This document shows positions 59,901 to 64,000 of a stretch of 64,000 nucleotides of DNA, piece after piece. The notes beneath the pieces are model-generated. The model saw only the letters and a list, made by a program, of their open reading frames with translations, searched no databases and was not told where the DNA came from. The translations under genes were made by a program, and so were the position numbers. Position 1 is the first letter of the stretch. Every line of letters starts with the position of its first letter. This stretch comes from a virus: the IMG/VR virus record IMGVR_UViG_3300045993_000757, positions 1 through 64,000 of that record; one strand, 5' to 3'.

Positions 59901-62900
59901 CCTGGCGGCTCTCTCAGACGCCGGTCGGCTGAACATTCCCCAGGGATTCTGGGATCGAAGCTGGAAGGGTCTTGTCGCGGCTTCCCCCGTCCTCATCGAG
60001 GAGACACGCAAGTCCATTGGCGGGAACATCGACACCCAAGAAGGCCGCAATGCCATCCTGGCTGAGTTGGTGAAGCGGACATCAAAGTCCTCCGCCCCCG
60101 TGGGATTCGTGCGTTCGGCCCTGGCGTTCTTCCGTGGCCTCGACCAGACGAAGACCCCGGCCTACATCATCGCGGCCATGCAGCGGACGCTGGACCGGGT
60201 GACCGACCAGTTCACGCCACACCAGGCGGGGCCGCAGGGCGAGGCGGACTTCGGACCCACCGACACGCTCCACCAGTACATCGGCGGTCTCAACCGCGAC
60301 GGATCACAGCGGGCGAGTGGCGTTCAGGAACAGGTCTTCGCCGACCAACACTTCGCCCTTTGGAACTCCTTCGAGCCTGAGCTTTCCCGCATGGAGGCGC
60401 GGCTCTCCGATCTTCAGACGGGGCTCCTGGAGGACCACCAGTTCGAGAGTGTCCGCCAGCGGATGCAGCAGATCGCCGACACGGTCCTGGCAACGAACAT
60501 TGCGAACCACCGGCGCGCGGCCCTGAACATCGCCGCCGATGACTTCATCGACCAAGTCCAGGAGGTGAATCCTGACCTCCTCACCCGCGAGGACATCGAG
60601 AACCACAGCATCTATCTCAACGAGGTGAAGGCCCGGCGAGCCATGTCGCTCATGCAGAACATCGAGCGGAACAAGGCGACTCGCGATTACCTGACGGACA
60701 ACCTGCCCCAGTACCCGATTCAAACCCTGAACCGCCGCATCTCCCGGCAGCAGATCCGCCTGTCTGACATCGAGCAGAACCACCCCGAAATGTACGCTCG
60801 TGCCTCCGAGTTGAAGTCGCGGGTGGAAGGCGATCCCGCGGCCCGCGCCGCCGCCGATGCCATTTCCGACCCGGCCATCCAGGAGTGGGTCGAGGTCATC
60901 CATCAGATCCGCGAGAGCGGGACCCAGCCGCGCGCCCTGGCAGCCATGCCGGTGGCCATCCAGAATTCCGCCGCCGTCGCCGCCGGGGTGTTCCAGTACA
61001 AGGCCAGGGCCATGCGGCGGGAGCTGGGGGATCGCCTGGTTCGAACGACCGACACCGCCCTTCGCGCCCTCAACAAGCTCGTCGAGGAACGGCGCAATTC
61101 CCGGCAGAAGGAAGGTCAGATCGAAGTCGCCATGGTGGAGATGATCCAGGCGGCACGCGGGGACGCCGGGGCCAGCGGTGGCCTCTACACCCTGGAGGAA
61201 GCCAAGCGGATGCGGGACATCGGGGACCGCGCCATCGCCCGGTTTGCTCGATTCCTGGGGGCTTCAGATCCCGGAACGCTGCCGGCTGAGCTTCGGGATG
61301 CCTTCATCGAGGACAACCTGATGTCCATCGGGATCGACCCGGCGACCCTGAGCGGGCCCAACTCGTTCGATCTCGACCGGATCGCCACCGATGCCGGGAT
61401 CTCGCGGGAAGCCTTCCTTCAGATCATGGAACTGGCGCGCACCTCGCGCCCCTTCCAGAACATGGTGGTCGCCCTGGCCGACGAGGCCGACGAGCGCGCT
61501 GAGACCAGCATCCTCAACGCCATCCAGCGGCTCCAACGGGTCCGCAACGAAGTCCTGAGCCGCCCCAGGGATCCGGTGGACACCACCGGCCTGACCCCCA
61601 AGGAGGCGCGCATCGCCATCGCCCGATCCGAACGTGCCATCATCCGGCAGGCGAACCAGGAGGCGCTGCTCTCCGCGGCCCCGTTCCTGCGCTCCCTGAA
61701 GCAGCAGACCCTCGAACTCAAGCAGTCGAACCGGTCGATGGACACGCAGATCGAGCGGTTGGAACGCGAGCTTCAGACGATCCAGAACCTCTCCGACATG
61801 GCCAACGCCGTGGACGGAGCGGCCCACGAGCTGGCCCCCGACAACTTCGGGGTGGCCGAGATGGTCTACCAGACTTCGGACGGCGTCTTCATGGCGGAGT
61901 TCCTGACGGCGGAAGGAACCCAGCCCGGCGTCCGGGTCAGCCCTGGCGAGGAGTATTCGGCCGAGAAGATCATGGAGATCATCCTCTATCGGGACGCGGC
62001 CCTGCGCGCCATCGCTGCCAACGTGAACCCGCCGGAGATCACGCGCGGCTTGGAAGTCGCCGTGGACATGGTCCTCCCGCTGATCGACGCCAACTCGACC
62101 CCCGGATCCATCGGAAAGACCCTGTCCCCGAACGGCCTGTCCGAACAGTGGACGAAGTATCCCATGGGCGTTCGAGCCGCGATGCCCCGCTTGATCCCCG
62201 GCATTTCCGGCCGGCGACTGGCGGAATCCATGGCCACCTACGCCCGTGTCGGAAGCAAGGTCACCGCCATCCTCAACAAGTACCACGCCCGCCGCGTCCA
62301 GTTGCTCAAGGCGGCGATGGACTCGATGAACCTGTCGCCCACGGACGAACTGGCGCGGTCCTCGTTCCGGCAGGTTTACAGCGAGGTGGCCCATCGCCTG
62401 CGCGAACACGGATCCAACGTGGCTCCTGGCGATCAGACGTTCTCCGGAAATCACGGATCCATCGTGACCCCGGAGCTGATCACCCTCCTCCGGTACGACC
62501 GTGAAATCTTCAGGGCCGTCCAGGACATCGTGGAAAGCCTGCCCTACGGCGGCATCCGCGAGTCCATCCCCGGCATGGATGTCCGCCTCATTCGCCCCTC
62601 GGCCGAGACCGGCGACGTGGGCCTGGCCCGGTCAGTGAACAAGGACTTCGAAGTCCCCCTGGCTCGCGCCTATTCCGCCGCAGTCACCCTGGCGACGAAC
62701 CAGCAGAAGGTCACCGGACAGAACGTGATCCCCGACATCACCGCGTTCTGGGACATGAATCCGCACCACATCCTGTTCCACATCCTGGACGCTGGGCGGA
62801 ACGACCTGGCCTTCGCTCGCAATCCGCAGCTTGTGGCCTTGGAGAAGCGATACGCGGCCGACATCCGCGCCGGCCGGGCCCAGGCCCCCAGGACGGTGCA

Positions 62901-64000
62901 GCAGGTCGTGAATGCCCTGACCGCCCTGGCCGGGGGAAGAATCCCGCCCGCGACCGTGGCCAAGCTGTTCAACGAGGAGCTGAACCGTTACGGCAAGGTC
63001 GCCCTGACCCGGAACTCCCTGGAATCCGAGGCCCCCAAGCGTTCCGAGGGGGTTCACATCGGCGAGGATGACACGAACGAGTTCTCGTCCCCCGCGGCGA
63101 AGCTCATCTACCCCTCCGACTTCTACGAGTACGGGGCCAACGGGATCGACATCCGGCAAGCCGTGGAGCGCATGGCGGACCGGGCCCAGGTGGCCATGCT
63201 CGCGGCCATGGAGGATGCCGCCAAGACCCTGAACTCCATCGTCAGCCGCCTCCAAGGTCCGATCCAAGGCATCACGTCCGAGGATCATGACATCGTCCGT
63301 TGGTCCACGCCCAACATGGACAAGTCCACCCTGTTCAAGCGGGTCGCCGCGGCCATCGAGGTGCTCAACGACCGGGCGCGGATGCTGCGCGCCGAGAAGG
63401 CCAAGCTGATCGACACCGGGGTATCCCCTGGAACGCTCGTTCAGCTCATGCGGGCCAACTTCCCCATGATCCTGAGCTGGCCGCGCGCCATGCTGACGAA
63501 CGTGGTGGGTGGGCCCATCGCCTCCGTCTACACCATGGCCGCGGTCTACGGCCGGCCGGCCGCGGTGCTGTTCGCCGCCCTGAATTCCATCGGAAGCATG
63601 GCCACGCTGGCATCCGAGTCGTTCCTGTGGACGGCGAAGAAGCTGGGATTCGATGTCACGGGGGGATCGAGCCCCAACTCCTTCCTTTCGAACCGCGCCG
63701 AGGCTCTGGACTGGCTGGAGTCGGTCGGCCTGGGCGTCACCTCGTACTCCCATGCCGAGATCCAGGAGTTGCAGTCCTATATGCAGGGGCCGGGCCTGAA
63801 GAAGGCGTTCTTCCGCGGGGCCCTGAAGGTCGGGGCCGCAGTCGAGAATGTCCTGGGGCAACACGTTGGCGTCTCCGCCGGCGACCGTATCCTGAACCGG
63901 TTCGCCGCCCAGATCGTCGTTCCCATGACCCTTTGGCGGCTGAAGAAGTTGGCCCTGCGCTGGCAGCAGCGACTTGCCAAGATGGATGTGGTGGCCGGGC
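47905..64000 (+). CDS. giant DarB-like polyvalent ejection protein, >5,360 aa, runs off the right edge
   Basis: Frame 1 translated by hand without stops from ATG 47905 (MPKYPLTLPNG) to about 60.2 kb; the track lists no closed frame-1 ORF anywhere downstream. Motifs: DGTGTGKT/DESH/SAT/QAEGR helicase, LEPSAG/NPPF MTase, DFGAG/NVLNV MTase, DNG/APDV/HMGRVNS/ADGT, LAATS/GPKI/VDRH. Confidence 0.9.
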   Translation, partial: MPKYPLTLPNGQSFDIDSPNELSQSQLAEAQGQLMAQFGQAQPDPTPVAEPSLSNNAFDPIGAVRDAIGQELPPPEFGAMDVPGAAVRSTMGQLGQGMFKIGLGAMGLTTGPLVDVLTGNTPFQQNPSWETLGETLNPAKSYARFKRGAMAQNINDLARSSVPVWERQNDPSIAQPTGFTKSAIDFTGGVASSVIMSLPAMVTGIPGLIGMSMATFDPAFEEAQSKGAGDTKAFAHAVLSTAFEAGSEYVGSAWAKTARMMETMPYLPPTVRKYLFQAERGPVEDAAKEAARSFWGTLVGTASRKDGIHLGTATMEGLEEVFSTVAQRMSAAMLYDPTQITNIGDLMMDAGMSFLGGAAAGVAFTPLERRVARQKVGEAMRSGVFEQYRTALEAAKKDGAYRPEDQKVVNEAVTGRRLMELGALWGNTDMVAKGKEQLAAATTPEMAAATEAEVKKAAEMFHAVQTPEGAATAHKLAVDQFGADSPQAKKMAELVNQANEHRLDIARAQAVQTSGPGMKSEEWAKVVTQEGLSPDRVELHASQGFRDNETGLPTENPKDSQGRPNQEQEGYVDPQTGKIHIYQGSILGDINAGRGSRRVRQREHFRQVLREEAAHTALQTPLGRSRLNAYVEHLKANDSKAYQAIVDTLARQGYHPDIIPEEYVAKLYRQQSWFQQKVDDFMLALHRWTGIGKLNHVRAGRLLIRSLVEHSRQGNLRGNAGAFQPANAAADVRQQESRLDMARIRALNTEEAKVIASGHAAILTQPQLEQAIRDLTTRLELMNRQGIGGMVKLETERVLKAAKDEFVARENVRRQAILNQATAPVQPPTPNTPQGGTAPFVPVIDQQPPTPPPNAPDQQQQQTGSQPEHPNGNEGGQAPEAGNSNSPGSPAESGAEAPNPEESKVASYVPPENPGHIAADLSTKVQQGDLTRDEGTALSIKFGVQGEFDQFMALIDKVAAREASGEAQAEREARKAKIDNIVSRLLVGDEVDGGILESIEPRAEDDHWFVVRHPGGTTSASNVPPIIGKMFDPAWVQSIESRKLTREKVLKAEELKKKIKGKEKPQDAREQAAAEARAKKEAFERAEAERKAKEKADQDAARNEFESAFQQAKALAPGDKVGKRVVQSNNTETTDIQFEGENTPEDYENVAVFIMDGNDVVKASTPPPAAGKTFKVGDRVQWMDGKITRTGVVREQTAIGVSVNDDDSGRNYLLASSDLTELSKPVSDQPQAPAIIEAWKKGKRELAQQLADRLPEPGDTWAFRTSDTGNLAGYGAGDSTFTRDLTVRGKPLWQWINEAQADTLPKPGSNAQENKPAAGITADNLHKQNLRMFTGILKPIIERVRGIFDRLERGKKVSQDDHSFLSRYRAFATEKVRSLNEGFGDVPAESIAQKYTDDFEGIALARDYTKAQLEVEKRHLTKFGQLFPTGSETGNIISGLLGRVMEAINRHDGVPIPRLASKIPKRPIRKPSTRERAPDLIDLLIDTVGKIDPKLIKEANPDFKPTGAARLLFSPKGTPADQAMHAVVGQMGVTADMSIDQFAEAITAAANGRKATRKGWAAEGAQNDADAKRALAFHAFLDKERPSGLSVSELKMGDSFTVDGDPFSVIGVEYGEDGGPFSVTLDGGKKWGTQVVDGKKPVTVDDGSFAGVNGPIEPETSKLPSEIADEIRRVVGFIQEVRNYLNSQLQWKDNHSRFVVEEYLKDNAQAIEAAQKTIQEFRDVAPTHNIDAELVIEELGGVPDITLPPEKPAGIPGFFDAIESDEDRIARERNEAEQRRAKADADKLRDLANKPLKGTAGDLGQGALFAEPGDQDLFAPPPADVQPKRKAMDAIQAKVDAQDATKRAKIEELKKRLKPNMGGEDITPFSLKELSPQTKNDLIELSGLYLSSDIVSFAEFSTKLIDDFGDSVRPWLQFAYESSRFSPGATYKGSMDPADWVEQLAKKYDSGATPDLESDRFRTTGQPGPDRGPTVQPENLGPAQPGDRPVAPGDSQADTGTPGGVSDRGDSTTDARPAGGERLPEPAASPVVERPASHPGTQRPGRSGGTGRARVSAAAQSDLGSPEAPVVAPDVATPPPDFGAYPSDNPVADQADANARSYPWLSADPGNIESTLPMLFPSQRKNVFLAERRFAETPVAATHASGTGLGDPKRGILFTDGTGTGKTYSGAGIVKRFLMQGKTRILIAVPNANIIEAWKSAMKDLEIPHFVLPDTSTAAKGVTLTTQANLRNNAELAKQDFDLVVIDESHNLLSNEAGEANAGLRSFRMVANHPDSVERKATNAIIGPAPVQADYAGGGDFAAALHQWDQKRIDNMAKISAEVKRINELNTKALFLSATPFAYHTSLIMGDGFLYSLPDDSQRTGYNQPKGFDRFLAENLGWRMRTGKLNKPSANVDTSVMEIQLHDLFAKRGAMHGVSLDVPQDYSREFVLVRPAAAQKLDDGFSFFRGGESYQQQYPILNKVFNELWDYNHVAQLLEALKMDSAIERIRQHVAMGRKVILLHSYLKAKIHAHPFRFETYPPEFLMAFNGADLKAEMDRFRNDHAEWANIVMPDSELSLEKIRREFGDSVVFNNGKEAPRSRVEAVIDFNRDGGGVNLLVGQLQATKEGVSLHDKSGKHQRVMMMVALPIRPTDAIQAEGRGYRIGVKTDAINEYIVLHTMMERFAFASKINERADTVETLALGSDSRNLRDRFRDGYLNAIDADPNDQQGKGSKEADRRAETMSDFDRAVSFYFARTKKNSRTKSAEGLDYYPTPEPLGLKMVEWADPSAGDALLEPSAGHGAIGQWFPNIGQHAYLEPSAELRSELGIKVKAGTVYSTTFEDYHITNKFDEIVMNPPFGRAGATAFAHLAKAFRHLVMGGRIVALVPDGANTNDKIVELLRAGNDPTGHYDGRVLRADISLPSSVFERAGTSVRTRLLIFDTPTYSDLHSGHRIGEGLENLFPPTFTTKIEANTIQELFDQIRDLDVPARIRKPKPAPSNPLTTRDAIIQTTSQGPGVVPTRQQSTTPQLPPLFKLGQTTHAKKGIQLFVATLTKSLSDANFSVVNRIAKKHDGYYSGYNKANAIPGFQFDAADQRDDFVAEVERALRPPDESTPTYSLKARDPFEVNDITRTRGAIMASIGVPHVADAMTMTPDEFAAGKHPTVLGFSGKSLWQAINSGDPTLSALLRSPAYSLKVRPVQSDLFDRETTRSIAQAYTSAGTSLPNNRPALFSVIDNGDGWKAQSRNIDFGAGKSLWMDDALKSRGVENLRYDPFNEASAVNEATVDSALRAPADTLTVANVLNVVAPEAALDETIRQTARLLKPDGKAYFWVHFENGKKSGVPRGRPDSWQWHHKAEWYVPHLSRFYGKVETIGQNMIVASQPIPVVGEWSPSAEGPTFSLKPRAYDLTPNGGNPMVPRIGYLTGKHSAKILARAQARGDIGALITPTSSHSLDTARSYPFYAVDNGVFGKAGFNEPKFNALLNKIQPGDPKVLFVVAPDVLAHLPNGQVVGDAAATIERFKDWGPRIRERGLPVAFVAQDGLEDRFNDIPWDGMDVLFIGGSTGWKLGEFADPERRRRWEYVMGEAHNRGIPIHMGRVNSNERLTGHAVDMAASTADGTLLAFGEDINLPRLESWLDQLNHGGLSYAARNMTELGRLPTRREIIDLASDRNLAYETLGAFEPALDEINATRNELGLPPIAPRQFDPGQAEFGFSLKKPVRMFRSYAELETGALQFESWRDWYSADKANIDSMFGKDAPLFAQVLAATSIQTEVPDNVGRALRAYIEMIQGAPFTGQIPSARVNLERIRDGESIRGPKIEPFARAIMGDESAIAVDRHVIRAIFGEDAVATPALIRKAQDVIRKIAAKHGWTPRQTQAAVWAWKINLNGKTPQRYLDSLTPDRFASTIRGSGVEGLVRSRTNFGQGTQAGVGTGAADTGSGVQTGNETPAYSLKTPPDHRPLAEDINAFRTEFPTAPPIVVNQDDAARGARFENGEIVVAETMMPSSRTGRRAELLAALSDAGRLNIPQGFWDRSWKGLVAASPVLIEETRKSIGGNIDTQEGRNAILAELVKRTSKSSAPVGFVRSALAFFRGLDQTKTPAYIIAAMQRTLDRVTDQFTPHQAGPQGEADFGPTDTLHQYIGGLNRDGSQRASGVQEQVFADQHFALWNSFEPELSRMEARLSDLQTGLLEDHQFESVRQRMQQIADTVLATNIANHRRAALNIAADDFIDQVQEVNPDLLTREDIENHSIYLNEVKARRAMSLMQNIERNKATRDYLTDNLPQYPIQTLNRRISRQQIRLSDIEQNHPEMYARASELKSRVEGDPAARAAADAISDPAIQEWVEVIHQIRESGTQPRALAAMPVAIQNSAAVAAGVFQYKARAMRRELGDRLVRTTDTALRALNKLVEERRNSRQKEGQIEVAMVEMIQAARGDAGASGGLYTLEEAKRMRDIGDRAIARFARFLGASDPGTLPAELRDAFIEDNLMSIGIDPATLSGPNSFDLDRIATDAGISREAFLQIMELARTSRPFQNMVVALADEADERAETSILNAIQRLQRVRNEVLSRPRDPVDTTGLTPKEARIAIARSERAIIRQANQEALLSAAPFLRSLKQQTLELKQSNRSMDTQIERLERELQTIQNLSDMANAVDGAAHELAPDNFGVAEMVYQTSDGVFMAEFLTAEGTQPGVRVSPGEEYSAEKIMEIILYRDAALRAIAANVNPPEITRGLEVAVDMVLPLIDANSTPGSIGKTLSPNGLSEQWTKYPMGVRAAMPRLIPGISGRRLAESMATYARVGSKVTAILNKYHARRVQLLKAAMDSMNLSPTDELARSSFRQVYSEVAHRLREHGSNVAPGDQTFSGNHGSIVTPELITLLRYDREIFRAVQDIVESLPYGGIRESIPGMDVRLIRPSAETGDVGLARSVNKDFEVPLARAYSAAVTLATNQQKVTGQNVIPDITAFWDMNPHHILFHILDAGRNDLAFARNPQLVALEKRYAADIRAGRAQAPRTVQQVVNALTALAGGRIPPATVAKLFNEELNRYGKVALTRNSLESEAPKRSEGVHIGEDDTNEFSSPAAKLIYPSDFYEYGANGIDIRQAVERMADRAQVAMLAAMEDAAKTLNSIVSRLQGPIQGITSEDHDIVRWSTPNMDKSTLFKRVAAAIEVLNDRARMLRAEKAKLIDTGVSPGTLVQLMRANFPMILSWPRAMLTNVVGGPIASVYTMAAVYGRPAAVLFAALNSIGSMATLASESFLWTAKKLGFDVTGGSSPNSFLSNRAEALDWLESVGLGVTSYSHAEIQELQSYMQGPGLKKAFFRGALKVGAAVENVLGQHVGVSAGDRILNRFAAQIVVPMTLWRLKKLALRWQQRLAKMDVVAG
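50465..50620 (+). CDS. nested +1-frame gene: 51-aa basic protein MPLINSSSKQAVSQNIRTEMKAGKPQKQAIAIALAVQRR...
   Basis: Matches the common small phage protein pattern MPLKKG.S...S.NI..E..AGKPQKQAVAIAL; G/C-ending codons in this frame. Confidence 0.85.
   Translation: MPLINSSSKQAVSQNIRTEMKAGKPQKQAIAIALAVQRRAEQKRRIRKKAR
53747..54241 (+). CDS. nested +1-frame gene: 164-aa helical protein MTQVPLRIWNQIASEQ...
   Basis: Amphipathic sequence with G/C-ending codons where frame 1 is disordered; A-rich leader; alternative start 53663. Confidence 0.75.
   Translation: MTQVPLRIWNQIASEQQDNLDPIAVQLFSLKTSDQLNLVIDLWHQEIRKLTPEPLVASAIVAILPLMRAQRAVNAFLSQRPALSWNVRQAIPELNGLDEAVELGVLEYRLRRNQTLDLRKLLSSPQTWQLLRPILERTPATTPSPTKPTPTPDPTPGSPPIPAT
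59582..59716 (+). CDS. possible nested +1-frame 44-aa ORF (MDQELKDSFDRARILDRELKQAL...)
   Basis: Helical pattern where frame 1 is G/T/S-rich linker; stop TAA lies within CTA-AAG. Confidence 0.4.
   Translation: MDQELKDSFDRARILDRELKQALGPGRQTPDPEFKREMKPPLTA

Noticed and set aside
48327-63980. Many minus-strand and short plus-strand ORFs within the giant gene (for example 54913..56478, 61264..62454, 62632..63864, 52871..53464)
   Set aside because: Shadow composition over ordered frame-1 domains; only the three +1-frame ORFs that coincide with disordered linkers were kept
1-64000. Firm host assignment
   Set aside because: TN-rich exported proteins, sparse SD sites and high GC hint at Verrucomicrobiota, but this cannot be established from the sequence alone

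Overview
The window is an internal 64-kb piece of a GC-rich tailed dsDNA phage (or prophage) with podovirus-like architecture. No integrase, DNA polymerase, endolysin, tRNA or CRISPR array is visible. Layout: (i) 1-3.9 kb, small early genes including a RadC/JAB protein, behind five copies of a shared promoter/operator; (ii) a 0.65-kb non-coding, repeat-rich convergence zone, a candidate terminus/pac region; (iii) a minus-strand replication module (SSB-like protein, Pif1-like helicase, Toprim primase-helicase, candidate iteron origin, ERCC4 nuclease, HTH and Zn-finger proteins); (iv) a plus-strand Rad50-like ATPase, two glycosyltransferases, TerL and the major capsid protein; (v) an adaptor-like protein fused to a purple-acid-phosphatase domain, two giant fibres that both start with Sec signal peptides, an inverted portal gene, and tail/ejection proteins; (vi) a >5,360-aa DarB-like polyvalent ORF (47905 to past the window end, missing from the ORF track) with SF2 helicase, two methyltransferase, TGT/DpdA-like and HhH-GPD-like domains separated by a repeated [YF]SLK motif. 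The two most unusual observations are the apparently exported fibres with matching docking modules on the adaptor, and two clear (possibly three) genes nested in the +1 frame inside the disordered linkers of the giant ORF. All family calls come from manual motif recognition; no searches were run.
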